Notes: generated by a model not told the origin, from the letters alone. A DNA stretch of 64,000 nucleotides from Takakia lepidozioides (GCA_030704615.1 CM060733.1:46500001-46564000), one strand, 5' to 3'. Counted from the stretch's first letter, positions 26,235 through 39,124 are shown. Translations and numbers: made by a program.

Positions 26235-27000
26235 TGAGCGATGGAGAGGCCTAATAGTGGGATCCTATCTTCGAGATGTTATCAGAAGGCACTCAACATA
26301 TACCAGTATTTGCCATGGACGTCGTGTCATCCGCTCCACCAAAAACGAGCATTTACCAGTGGTGAGTTACGCCAATACACTTTGAGAGACAGCACATGTG
26401 TAAGTTTTTTTGAGATCAGATGACTGTTCTATGAGCGACTGCATGCTCGAGGCTATCCAAAGTCTTTTATCTTGGAGTGTTTCATACTATGTAACTATTC
26501 ATAACGTGCTACAATGTTGGGTTCAGAATCCACTCGTAAATTGATGGATAGGTGGTCCCCCTTGGTTCTAAAACTTGAGCATTCTTGGTATAAGTTATTC
26601 AAGCTCTAAACCTTGGGGGAGTCCTAAACCCTAAACTGCATGAGCGTCTTCTGAAAGTTCACAGTTAGCATCTTTTGACAGACCTATGGTTCATTGGAAG
26701 AAAGCTAGGATTTTACATTTCTTATATTTAGTTCGTGTTAAGTTACAATAGACTCAATTATATTTAGGAGATAAGCTGAAAAAAATTCAGTTTTTAACGA
26801 AAAATACTTTTTCTGTTTTAGAGAGATTTTTTTCAGCTACAAGATACTTTTTAACTATCTTTTTATCTTATGCTTTTTTGAGACAACACTTATTTAGCAG
26901 TATATAAGCTGGGGGTAAGGTTCATTATACTTCACTCCGTTTCTTTCTTCCCACTAATGAGCTCAGATTTTGAGTGAAACTAGTTTGGGGCCCTTACAAA
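26235..27000 (+). mobile_element. Penelope-like element (PLE) 3' remnant: RT thumb/linker plus 3' region
   Basis: CYQKALNIYQYLPWTSCHPLHQKRAFTSGELRQY...F...R*LFYERLHARGYP is the PLE RT C-terminal signature. A hammerhead motif lies ~250 nt past the coding remnant. Confidence 0.8.
26950..26990 (+). ncRNA. Minimal type I hammerhead ribozyme (core G5>A, probably inactive)
   Basis: CCCA-CTAATGA-GCTCA(GATTT)TGAGT-GAA-AC(TA)GT-T-TGGG gives stem I, core, stem II, GAAA, palindromic ACTAGT stem III and a GUU cleavage site. Confidence 0.75.
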
Positions 27001-27041
27001 GATTTGCTGGTATTCTGCATTTTGTCTCACTTTCTTTTTTT

Positions 27042-28570
27042 GTGTTGTTGTACTTAGAGTTGCATGCTTTAGACTCTATGTCTAGTGTTGCACATGGTGC
27101 TATGTTTAATCTCCAGTGTGTGTTTTCTCTTCCATAAGACATAGGTTACAGTTTTCATGTTTTTATGGTGAAATAGTCTCAATTATACACTTTAGTCATT
27201 TGCATGTCTTTGCAGTTGCGCTTTGGAACATATCAACATCATTTATATCTTACTTTTCTGTCTTCAGAATCATCTCTTTGAGTTTTCATCTAGAAATCTT
27301 GAAGTTTTCTCCGGTGCATAACCGGCCATTCTAAAAAAAAATTGTGTTTGCAATGTGCTACTGGTGCATTCGCGGCACTAGAGTTTAAATTTGTTGTACT
27401 GCTACATCTATATTTTGAATCTTTTATAAACCTAAACATTTCTTATTATGTTAACTACAACTTTTGAACCTTCATCCTCGAAACGTCCTCGAATAGAAAT
27501 GGATACTGATGCTAATCGACCATCGTCTTCTTCTTCAATGGGGGAGTGCTCTCCTCCAAGTGGGAATGTTTTTCAACAAGATGGATCTAGTACATTTGTG
27601 GAAGCTACTTGCAAGTTATTGGACAATTCATTCATACATTACTAGAAGGATTTCAAGAGATTACAACGTTTCAAAGCAACTCTCGACCGACTCAGGTCTC
27701 AAGAAGTTGTCGGTGAAATCCCTCACGCTTGTATAAGTTTTTTTTCCCAAAGCTTGTCATTTCTTCTCGAGTCGAGCAATGAAAAGATCAGAGGATTTGC
27801 TCAAAGATGGTTAAGGAAAAAATGACAAGCTTTAGACAAGAAACTCTACAAGCATGAGGGATTTCACCGACAACTTATTGAGATTTGAGTCGGTCGAGAG
27901 TTGCTTGGAAACGGCAATCTCTTAAAATCCTTCTAGTATTGTATCAAGGAATTTGTCCAATAACTTGCAAGTAGCTTCCACAAAGGTACTAGATCCATCT
28001 TGTTGAAAAACATTCCCACTTGTGGCCTCGGAGAAGAGCCCTCCCCCATTTGAGAAGAAGACGATGGTCGATTAGCATCAGCAGCAATATCCATCTCTAT
28101 CCGATGACGTTTCGAGGATGAAGGTTCATAAATTGATGAAGGTTCAAAAGTTGTAGTTAACATAATAAGAAATGTTTAGGTTTATAAAAGATTCAAAATA
28201 TAGATGTAGCAGTACAACAAATTTAAACTTTGGTGCCGCGAATGCACCAGGAGCACATTGTAAACACAATTTTTTTTAAAGAGGCCGGTTATGCACCGGA
28301 GAAAACTTCAAGATTTCTAGATGAAAACTCAAAGAGATGATTCTGAAGACAAAAGAATTGGATATAAATGATGTTGATATGTTCCAAAGCGCAACTGCAA
28401 AGACATGCAAATGATTAAAGTGTATAATTGAGACTATTTCACCATAAAAAATATGATAACAGTAACTTATGTCTTATGGAAGAGAAAACACACACTAAAG
28501 AACAAATGTAGTAGCATATGCAACACTAGACATGGAGTCTAAAGCATGCAACTGTAAGGTACAACAACAC
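27042..28570. repeat. Long inverted repeat (arms ~725 and ~755 bp, spacer ~50 bp)
   Basis: 27042-27766 is the reverse complement of 27815-28570 with scattered mismatches. The mirrored ORFs MLTTTFEPSS... occur on both strands. Confidence 0.93.
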
Positions 28571-29079
28571 TTGACAAAATTGCTTCACTTCACACAAGAG
28601 GGTTTCCTAGCAAAGTCATGATCTTCCAACCACAGTTCTTGAGTGCCTATGCTCATCAAAATGTCAGCCACCACCATGACCCACTTAAATGCTTCTGCAA
28701 TCTAGAACATGCAATTTTCTTGAAACGTGCCCGGACTGCCCGAAAATTAACCGGAAAACAAACCGGAGAAAGGTGGTAATTGTGCGTTTGTCCCACCTCA
28801 AGCACCTCAAGTGTACCATAGCTAGATAACTGATGAATTTCTAAAACCCAGAAAAGTTTATTGGGATGGCCCTATGCGCTGTTTGGACATAAGCGACTTC
28901 ATTGACAGTGACAAGGCACTTGTGATAGATTACTGTTGAGAGCATAAGGTAAAATTATGGTTATGTCATATCCATGCGTTCTTGTGCAAGGTAATTAAAG
29001 ATTTTATGGTATTCACTTTATGTTTACTAAGTTGGAGTTTCCACTATGGAGTTCTTGACTGACATCATCGTTGTGACGT

Positions 29080-29378
29080 GTAGCTCGGGGCTTAGTTGGA
29101 TATCGTTGATGAAACTCTTGGACTTTGTCAGATGCATTGGCGAGGTTGGATGAAGGTTCCCACGTTCATTCGCTGATGTCGTAGCCTTTCCAATGTACGA
29201 AATACTCAAGACGTTTATACTTGATGCGAGAGTCTAGGACTTCGTCGACTTCATACTCAATTTCTTGATTGACTTCAATTGGTGGAGGTGGTACAGAGAC
29301 TCTCCCTGAAATATTCGATGGATGATACAACTCCAATAATGAAACATGAAAGACTACATGGATGCGCATACTTCGTGG
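29080..29378 (-). mobile_element. Chromovirus (Tcn1-like Ty3/Gypsy) integrase C-terminus with chromodomain, fragment
   Basis: MRIHVVFHVSLLE...PPPPIEV..EIEYEVDEVLDSRIKYKRLEYFVHWKGYDISE, continuing after a frameshift as (T)WEPSSNLANA...VQEFHQRYPTKP. Confidence 0.9.
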
Positions 29379-30644
29379 GTTAGAAAAAAAACAAAAGCTT
29401 CAACCTACAAAAAATATCTTAGATCTCTCGTTTACGTTTTTGGGCCTGAAAAGGGCTTGTTGACCGCTGACGCGGCAGGTAAACAAGCCTAAAACAGATT
29501 GCACTCCAAATGCCATTTTTGGCATAAAATTAGCAATTTTGGAAAATGAAAACTAAAAATTAGAGTTAAAAAAAAATTCAATATGCTACCTAGCCATTGA
29601 ATATTATAGGTTTTTATAGTTCTAGAAAACAAATGACACCCAAAATCCAAAAAACAAGATGAGCTATGGACTTTTCAAAAAACGCCTATTTTTTTTTACA
29701 TATATTAGTCCATATGAGTCAAATGACAAATGATTTTGCTACTTCAAATCCATACCTATGATGTGGACCAAAATGACCACCTTATGTCCAAATTTCAATG
29801 GAATTCACCAATGGCACATATGAGAACTTGAGTCAATTGTAATTCCATTCACTGCGGTAATAGTCCACAATGACGATGTTCAAAAGTCCATAGTGGAGTC
29901 ATTTCTTATCGGATTCATGATTGGAGAGTTGCTATGGGTGCGTATTGAAGCTAGGAATCCAATGTATAATGTTGTACATGGGGGGGTTAAAAATACCCCC
30001 TCCTTGCACGCACGTGGCTGGTACAGGTTGGCTGGGGTGCACCCCCCAGGCACTGATCACTCTTGGTGGCACGCCGGTTTTGCCAAACCCAGCTCATGTA
30101 TGCATGACATACCAAAAAGGGAGCCAAGTCCACCGTGGAAATTGTGAGATTAAAGCGTTTGCCCGGACCTCAAATATCATGTCCCAAAGAAAAAGTGAGA
30201 AAGAAATTGGTTTGACCAAATCAAAACCTAGCTTTCTCCAATTTTGCTTTCCCCAAGACCCACCATTTCCAAATCAATAGTGGAGTGGCTATGACCCCAC
30301 TAAATTGCAGGTCCAACTGATTATTTCACCTATGCTTGCTATTCATGCAATTACACGGGGGTTGAAATCTCAAAATTGACAAGAGAAAATGTGCCTCCAA
30401 ATGAAGTACTATTTTTTTTACAAATTTTTTAAAAGCCAATGGTGGATGTGTGTATGTAATGCTCACACACCACATGGTGAATGCTATAAGGCTGGAATCT
30501 CTGGATGATTTTCGGTAGGTTTCTAGGGGCAATTTACTGCAGCTGGGTACCCAAAATTGGTAAAAAGTCAAAAAATGGCTTTGGGAACTTAAGGGTTAAC
30601 CAAAGGATTTTCATGCAGGCAAATATGGAATGCCAAATGGAATC

Positions 30645-31845
30645 ATGTGACCAGCCTGGACCTACCCTGGAAGGCTATCTGGTCTGATATCTGGAGGAAA
30701 GATAGGGCCGCGAAAATCACAGGGTTTCTTTGGAAGATTGTTAATCGTATCCTGCCTGTCTCAAAGTTCATCGATGAAATCGACAAAGCATGCCATGGTT
30801 GCTCCGCTCTTGCACCTGCCCCCATACCAGAAACGATTGAGCATTGTCTGCCGCTCTGCCCGTCCCCGGCCAGGGCTTGGAACAAAGTTATTTCTTTTTA
30901 TGCCTTCTGGGATCAATTTTTATCCTTTCTCCCCGCAACGCTCCTCCTGAACGCTAATTCAAATGGCCTTTGTACCTCGTGCCCAGTGTGGGCTGCTCTT
31001 AGGGCATACACTCTATGGAACATTTGGAGATCTAGGTGCTCGTTGGTCTATGAGGGGAAGAGAGGATGCTTGAAAGTTATCTTGTTTAGAGTTCACTCAG
31101 ATGCTATGTCTAAGGCAAGGAAAGCTTGGTCTGTCATTTGTACTGCAGCTCTTCCCAGATGTTCCGAGGGGAGAAGAGAACAACTACTCTCTGACTTTGA
31201 TAGCACCTGGGCAAAAGGTGGTTGATTGTGTGCAAGAGGCGCTGGTACCACCATCTGGTGGAATGACAACATCCCGAAAGGCTGGGAGTTCGATTAGTAC
31301 TCGTCTCTCGCCAGTGGAGGAAGAGGAATCAGACACCAATCACCGTCATCGTCGGAGTTTCAGGAAGGGGAAATCGAAGGCGCAACTTTCTTATGATCCT
31401 GAGCCTGTACCTCGTAGAAAGAGAGGTCTCTAGTCTTGCAGGGTATTAATCTGGTTTTCCAGGCCAATAGTTATCTCTGTTGGCTGCCTGTAGTTTTCAG
31501 ATCCTAGGACTCGTCAGCTGCTCCTCCTCAGTTGCCCAGTATCTGAAGGCTAGCTTACTTAGCTGAATTTTGCCATCGCTCGCTTCAAGAATGCTCTTTG
31601 GCATCTACTACTCTTCCTCTTTTTATGGCTTCTTAGGAGCCCAACTTTAATATGCAGTTTAGGCCCCATGCCATCTTCGGCTCTTATGGTCTGATAGTGT
31701 TTCCATGGCTCTTCGTTGTTGCCATTCTCCCTGTCTCTTGGTCATGGGGCGGCGTCCCATTCATCAGCCTGCATGGCCTGTTTGTGAGGTTACTTTTTCC
31801 TCAGTAATAAATTAAAAGGTCCCTCTCAGACTGTGCGAGAAAAAA
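30645..31845 (+). mobile_element. 5'-truncated L1/Tx1-type LINE (zf-RVT region plus 3' UTR)
   Basis: W..IW......KITGFLWKIVNRILPV ... CHGC ... ETIEHCL..CP..RAW ... LWNIWRSRC..VY is the zf-RVT (CCHC) domain. AATAAA near 31806 and an A-rich end at ~31845. Confidence 0.85.
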
Positions 31846-34671
31846 TGAAATGTGTCAGCTTCTAGTAGGCATGGTGAAGAGCTCATGGTAACATGGTCAT
31901 TTTGAAAACAAGAGCATAATGGAGGGTGTCCAAATGGGTACACAACACAACTTACTCCATAGAGGGGGGTCCCAGATATAAGCTCCAAAGGGCAAAATCT
32001 TGTGAGTCCATCAGGGTATGCTTGATTTTACTTGATTATTTTTGAATAGATTGTGTTTGTTCGTTTGGTTCTTTTTGCCCTGTACCTTAAATCTGATGAT
32101 CCCCATCAAATTTGGACACCCTCTCTGGTGCTCATTTTTTCGGTCAAGAACCAGTGGAAATATAGTGCTTTAAGCCCCCCCACCTTTTTTATTTTCTTTA
32201 TTTTGGTCCTCCTCTCTCTCTCTCTCTCTCTTTCTCTTCTTCCACTCCCCACAAAAAAAAACAAAGCAAAGAGGGAGAGAGGGGCAGAAGAGAGGGAAGA
32301 TATTTTTTGTCATGTCAAGACAGACAGGACCCCTAGGGTCGTTGTCATGAAAGAATACTCAAACATATCAGCCACTTCACAATTGCACCATCCATCAATC
32401 ATCAAGCTTAGAAAATCCAGAATTACATCCATGCACAATAATGTGTTCATGTCAGTATTATTCATAACCCAAAGAGTATGCCACTGATGTTGATTGACCA
32501 CCAGTCATGATCATGATATACATTCAGAGGTATTTTGGCCTTGATGTGGTGCAGGTCAAATGGTCATACAGATTTACTGTCTGCAAGCTGTAATCCAAGC
32601 ATACTTACTCAAACCCCACAGGTGTCATGGAGGGGGGTTTTTTTTTTTTAATGAACACTTGGATATCACAGATTTAAATACCTTGCCCTGCCAGTATTTG
32701 TTTAGACTGGTCTGCAGCACCCCCACATGGGAGATGGATATGTTTGGTAAGTTTTCCAGAATACCCCTAAACCTTTATTTCTTGCTACAACTGAAAATCA
32801 AAGTTCATGACACAGCAAGGTAAAGATAAAGGACTGCATACACATCATGTGACAGTATATGATACTGTCAATACACCCTATTCACATCATTCCACATTTG
32901 ACCATGTCATTACACCATGTCCAGGGGGTATTTCCACTTGACCACCCTGGCTGCCTCAAAAACCAGTTACCAATTATATTACTGCCATATTTCAGTGTCA
33001 GACAAGCAGAAACTTCACCATACCCTGGCCTAAGCATCTAGCTAACAAAGCCATCCGGGTTGGAACATAACAGGGGTATTTTATCAACATGGGTACCCGA
33101 GTAGCTGCAGCAAACAGTTCCTTGCAGCTTCTCAATCTGTTTCCAACTACCATAAGGTAAACAAAGCAAACTAGGGCCTGGAAAACAGATGTGTGTCTCT
33201 CACACAAGCCATCATAAACCCGGCTGTCACAACAAAGCAGAGGTTTTCCACTGGCTGGGCCGAAAATAGCCCATTGTAGAAAGCATTACACTTGTTCTTC
33301 AAAAACTAAAGGAAGGAAAGAGGTAGGATCAAGAAAAACCATAGAGTAGTTTAGTGTTTCAACATTTTAAGATGAGTCCCTGGCAAGCGATTCCTTCCCT
33401 TGCTCTGCAATCCCACTTGGCATCCAGCAGCACCTAGACATCAGAATATTAAGTGGAAGCACTCACCTGTGCCCGTCCCAAAAACAACTACAACGCATTG
33501 TGAGTTAGTGAGGATGCACGAGGTGAGTAGCAGGCTTCCACACTTGCTATCGAGGTCAAATACACTTCAATCTAAGCACAGAGAATGCCAAAGAAAGCAG
33601 GGAAGCAAGACAAACAGAAAAAGAACCTTTTTTTTAGTGTTTGGGAGAGAGTCGTCATCTCTCCACAAGCCTAACCGTACAGGGAGGTCTTTGCCAGCAC
33701 CACAACACTGCTATCTTAACCAAAGCAAAGTCTTGCCAAGCACAAGAAGAAAGAGCTTGGTTTATAAAAGGAGGGAGAGAAAGACTTCCTTGTTCTACCA
33801 AGACGCCGCCATTCATCAAAGATCCAGAGGAGGGCTCATAGGGAAACGTCATAAGCATGCAGGTGGTACCTCCGTCATCACTGCCGCGGTTCCCTTGTGC
33901 AGCAAAAAAACAGACAAATGAGACAGTGAATCTTCCCTCATCTCTAAGCCACCGCCATCGCCTTAAAGAGCCCGCATAGGCGGCACTCACAGGAGCCATA
34001 AACACTCAAGGATTGGCAGCTCATTGTATCTGCAACATGAGCACCATCGCTCCTCCCAAGCCGCCATCGCGCGCGCTCTCGCGGCGCAAAAAGAAAGACA
34101 TTAGGGTTGCGCAGGGTTTTCCCCTGTCCGGCCCGTCATTCATCCTTCTCACGATGAAAAACATCCGCCAGCCTGTATGCCCAACAGACGTTGTCCGTTT
34201 CTCATTCGCGGAAGATGAAAGACATCGTGCGTTCATCCTGTCTTGAACTCGACGGATGCAGTCCGCTTTTCATCTAGGTTAGATGAAAAACATCGGGGTT
34301 TTTTTTTTAATAAAAACCTTTTTATACCTGTCTTGCCCCGTATTTAGATCCTGTCAAATGATGTCATTTTTTCATCCAGGTTGGATTGAAAAAATAAAAA
34401 ATGACGGGAGTTTTGCAATCAATATATTCCGGGTTGATGTTCGGATGAAGCAAAAAACAGGTATCAGTGAAGAAATGTTTCACTAAGGGGAAAAAAAAAA
34501 AAAAAAAAAAAAAAAACATCCAAAATTCCCTGCAACTCAATTTTTCAATTTTTCAATTTTTTCAATTTTTTCAAAGATGGAAGTCGGGACAACAATTCCA
34601 TAAACCCAGTTTCCATAGGGAGAGAGAGGGAGAGAGAGGGAATCCCGCCATCCAACCCCTGGTATGGCAGG

Positions 34672-34950
34672 CCCTTACGGAGTGAGTGTGGTATGCACTC
34701 ACCCCATAAGGGAGTGCATACCACACTCCTCTCCAAAAGGGTAATCTCTCCCTGCTCCTAGGCCAATCCTTCGGAAGATGTCCCGTAAAGGATTATCAGG
34801 CTACCCTTAGTCAAGCTAGGTATTCGAAACAAGTATATAAACCTTAATGGTGTGATCGGGGTATGTATTGAGCATAGACCTGAAATAAACTAGTTTATTC
34901 AAGGTGTTACAGGTGTAAGAAACCAGCTGCTTTATGCATGGTTTTCTTTC
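34672..34950. other. Cluster of stem-loops 3' of the orphan ORF
   Basis: Perfect 17-bp stem GAGTGTGGTATGCACTC (34684-34700) / GAGTGCATACCACACTC (34712-34728). Further stems AATCCTT/AAGGATT and AGAAACCA/TGGTTTTCT, and the palindrome AATAAACTAGTTTATT. Confidence 0.55.
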
Positions 34951-35023
34951 TTTTTGTTCCATCATTATTCAACAAATCTGCATACATAAGGGAAAGGACA
35001 TACCATTTTTAGGTTGTCAATGA

Positions 35024-36209
35024 TCATTCCCAGGCATCAAAGTTCCTCTTTTGGATTGGGGAGAACTCTCCTGCCATCTGCCTGGATCGGTTTGAACCAT
35101 GGCTCCCAATGTCGATTGTGGAGTAGGAATTGGATCCAGAGCCTCCATTGGATGTTCTGGTTGCGGACTTAGCATTCTCGGAGTTGGAGAAAGATTGTTG
35201 TCTCTGCCCAAACCTGCCACCTCTTTGGTAGCCCCCACGTCCTCTGAAATTAGCACCCCTGCCCCGGTTGGGTCTCCCTGTTTGCTGGAAAGTGTTCCCT
35301 TCAATGCGTTGCCATTTATAGCTATTAAACACAGGTTTGGGGAGGCTGTTGGAGAAGGATCTAGGTTTGATCAATCTCTCAATGAATCTGGCCCCTTTGG
35401 AGTCAAGTAGCCTATCAAGCAATTTTGCCTTGGAATTATCGGCAAAAGTTTCTGCTGCTTCCAATAGGAGCTCTCGGATCATTTGGAATGCTATTTGAGC
35501 CAGTATTGCAGATCTGGCAGCCCTCATCAACCATACAATGAAGCTATAGTACTTGCTTTGTGCGGAGGGGTATGTTGCATCAGGAAAAAATGCCCCAAGA
35601 TGGTTAATCATGTACCAGACCAAGTGATTGAACCAAGCCACACTTCCAACACATCCAGATGGAGCTACACCAGGTCCACAATTACATCTTAGATATGGCA
35701 TGTGCCAGTTCCAGAGTTGGCTTTTGTGATTCCGGGAACAGACAGATCTAGTAGGGGGATCATTTTTGGATATTGTCCCCTTTGTCACATAGCTTATAAT
35801 AAAATGTTTTTAAGAGCCATGCAACTGCGATGGGCTCCTTTTTTAATCTCTGGAAACCATCTATAACATCTTGATAGCAACGTAGGTGTTCAGCATCAGT
35901 GATGTTACCCCACTTCATCCACATCTCGATGGAGATGGGTGCTAAGAGGTTGATGTTGGCTTGCGGGTGCCACATCATGTGCTCGTTGTTGGCCACGTCG
36001 ATCTCAACAGAGCGAGGGGGTGTCCAAGGGACAAATTGCTGATTTCCCGGGGTAGCGCCTGCTGCCCTGTCTTGTTCCACCTGTGACATTTCCACATGCT
36101 CATAGAAATCCTTCACCGCATCAATTTCATGTTCGGAGAGACACATGTGACTTAAAAGCGGGTAATTGGTGAGGGAGGGGGTAAAATCCTGCTCAGCATT
36201 GGAGGACAA
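35024..36209 (-). CDS. Unidentified ~390-aa ORF split by one frameshift, with RGG-rich C-terminus
   Basis: Overlapping ORFs 35760-36209 and 35024-35788. Polypyrimidine/AG acceptor at ~36213 and candidate donor at ~36862. Contains GRGANFRGRGGYQRGGRFG. Confidence 0.45.
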
Positions 36210-36475
36210 TTTCTAGAGGGAGAGAGAGGGGGAGAGAGGGGGAGAGAGAGAGGGAGAGGGAGACAGGGTGCATGAAAAAAAAAAAAAAAAAAAAAAAAAG
36301 AGGAGGGGGGGGGGGACTGAGCAGCAGAAGCTGCTCAGTCAGTCCCCCCACCCCCACCTTCTTTTTTGTTTTTTTCTCCTCTCGCTCGCTCTCTCTCTCT
36401 CTCTCCCCCTCTCTCTCCCTCTCCCTCTCTCTGTCCCTCTCTCCGTCTTTGTCCCTCTCCCTCTCTCTCTCTCAT

Positions 36476-36556
36476 GTTTTTATTTCCATTTTCTCCCATA
36501 AGCTCTATGAGCTTCCCGCGGACATTATAACGCACCATTTCATTTCATTTCATTTC
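36476..36556 (+). mobile_element. LINE 3' tail (same family as 59706-61080)
   Basis: CCCATAAGCTCTATGAGCTTCCCGCGGACATTATAACGCACC(ATTTC)n. Confidence 0.7.
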
Positions 36557-38369
36557 TCTCTTCTCTCTCCCTCTACCCTTGTCCCTCTCTCTCCCTCTGT
36601 TTTGTCACTCCCCACAAAAAGGAACAAAGGAGAGAGGGAGAGGGAGAGCGCCTACCTCTGTGGCGTCGGCGTTGCTACCTACGGCGCGTGTCCCCACCCC
36701 CGGAAGGCCTCTCTCCCCCGCTCCGCTGCGCCTCTCTCCCTCTCTTGTGTTGTTGCTTCTCCCGCCTCTGCACGGCTTTCCTACCACCCAGGGGACAGAG
36801 GTGTTAGCACCCTCTTAGGGTTTGGAGAGGAAGAGTGGAAGTGAGAGAAAGAGGGAGCTTACCAGCGGGGTTGGAGCGGCGCTAGGGCGTCTCCGCGTGG
36901 CGACCACCTCGCGCTCAAGACGAGGTTAGTTTTTCCTCCACACTCTCCCCTACACTCTCAGCCCTGTCCCTCCCAAAGCAGAAAAGAAAACAAGGGGGGG
37001 GGGGGGGGGGGGGGGGAAGAGCAGGTGCTTCAAGCACTTAGAAAAAAAAAGACGATTTGCCACGCCCGGCCGTCGCATGTTGGCGCCCCGCCCTTTTTTT
37101 TTAATGTACATTGAAGCTTGCCACGCCCGGCCGTCGCAGCGTGCGACCCCCCGGCGTGGCAGGGTCAAAAAACCTGTCGCATGATGCGACGCTGGGTAGT
37201 GGCATGAATCATGGCAGGGCGTCACATGCCCAGGCTCCCCCTTGTATGTTGGGCAAGCAGGGGTCACTTTTTGGGGTTTAGGGTTTAGGGCCTTTTGGGG
37301 TTCATAGGTTTTGTTTTTTGTTTTTTTTGTGTCATGCCTTCTCAAGGCAGGACTACGGAAAGGGTTCAGCCGCATGAATGATCTGCATTTTTTTTTTTTT
37401 TCCCAGGCCCTTGGGCAATGTTGGACTGGTCATTTTGGGATTTTTTGTTTTTCTTTTTAGTATTTTTTTGATACTGGGTTCTGGAGTTTGAATTTTGTAG
37501 GGTCACTACGGCCTCCCGACGTTGGGGCGTAGAGACCCCTTGCTATTGTAGGGTGGAAAAGGGACATAGGCTTTTTTTTGCCAACGAGTTTTGAGAAATG
37601 AAAGTGCTGGTTGTGTGTATTAATTAGAATGCGATGGTGAGGAAACATCGACCCGTCTCCCTCGAGGATGGGGAGGCGGTACCAGAGATGGAATGGGGCC
37701 CAATTCCAACCGTGTTTTGTGGCGAGGAGCGACCCGTTGCACATTGAGGATGGTGGACACAATCGTAGAAGGGACCGGGCCCAATTTCAGGTGATGCGGA
37801 GGATGTTGACACTCTGGGATCCAGTCGGGCGCGCCGCGGGTTGCCCCCTCGTGGACCACCCCGTGGTGAGAGCCCTGCTAGTCTAGAGGCACAATGCCCA
37901 CGCACGTCCACCTTTGACCCCCCCCCCCCAGAGGATTTGGTGCACTAAGTGTTGGGCAATGATACCGCCGGGTGGCACCAGACCACCGAGGCGGCGACCG
38001 CATGTTGTCGAAGAGCATTACAAGAAGAGCCTGATTGCGGATGCGGCAAAGGTGTATTGATGCGTCGTATACTACGCATATTGTAGCCACAACTTGATGC
38101 CCAAGCTCGCAATCACATTGCATGGGAGCATTTCGCGCCGGTCTGCTTGCAAAATTTATGCCGGAGCCTGTGCCTGATGTGACCAGTTGGTTCCCCCAGC
38201 ACCACGTAGACGAGATGCATAGGGTCGAGGGGTATCGTAGGTGTCGCAAGCGTTATGGCCGGCGACGAGCAGGCCCCCCCCCCCCCCCCCCTCCGGTTTC
38301 CTCAGGCTGTCCCCCTGATCCAGTGTCCTCATCTGATTATTCTCCATGCCATACATGCAGTAGCAGCTT

Positions 38370-39124
38370 GCAAGCTAATTACTAGCACATGTCATCACAA
38401 ACATGTACATCCCTCACAATATATCGACGTATGACCACAAAAGCTCTCATGCCCATCGCTTCGCTCGTCCCATACTACATTTGTTCTCCTTAGGGTGACC
38501 AAAAGAACTGTTGACCAGCCCAGCAACATTGCCGAAGATATCGGGGTCACCATCACAAAATCTGATCTCAATGGGAGACAGCCCCCGTCTACGTACATCA
38601 TATCCGTTGACACACAAAACGTAGGGTAGGATATATGGGGCTTCGAGGCGTAATGTACGGAACTCCCCGGAGGTGTAGAATGGACCGTAGTAAGGAAACA
38701 AGTCCACCATGCTATTGCTCCCACGAGGAACCACAATTTCATCGACCGTGAATAAACCCCGACCCATAGCAGGGTTAGTAGCGGCTCTCACAACATACCG
38801 TCTATCCCAGTACTCGAACTCCACATTCTCTCGGATGGGGGTAGGATGGTCGAGATGATTCCCCCAACAACGAGGCTGAACGGTCCTCGGTAACATAGTC
38901 CTATGCGCTTCCCATCGCGAGCGAGGATCCGGCTCAGGCCGCCCAAGCCGAAGGGGAGGAAACCTAGGGCGAAGCCGACCCCTCCTAGGGGTTCGGGGGG
39001 CACATGCGCGTTGAGGTCGAGGTCGAGGTCGAGGTGGTACTGCTGGCGGAGGAAATGAAAGTGGAGGTGGTTGAGGATGTAATGCCGGAGGTACAACCGA
39101 GGGTATAACGTCCGGATCAGGCAA
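38370..39124 (-). pseudogene. SET-domain (lysine methyltransferase-like) ORF with Pro/Arg-rich N-terminus, C-terminally frameshifted
   Basis: MGRGLFTVDEI...LFPYYG (GxGLF..I...Y.G), YVL, CDGDPDIFGNVAGLVNSS (D....GN.ARF.NHS), then NVVWDE and FVMTCAS in shifted frames. Confidence 0.7.

Noticed and set aside
34760-34830. Second hammerhead ribozyme in the hairpin cluster
   Set aside because: CTGATAA on the minus strand is not followed by a correctly placed GAAA and stem III.
36268-36844. ORFs with poly-K/G and LSLSLS runs
   Set aside because: These are translations of poly-A, poly-G and (CT)n microsatellites.
37274-37290. Telomere or telomere-healing site (TTTAGGG; also ~40921 and ~44308)
   Set aside because: Only 2-3 units embedded in TE sequence, which are common interstitial telo-box motifs.
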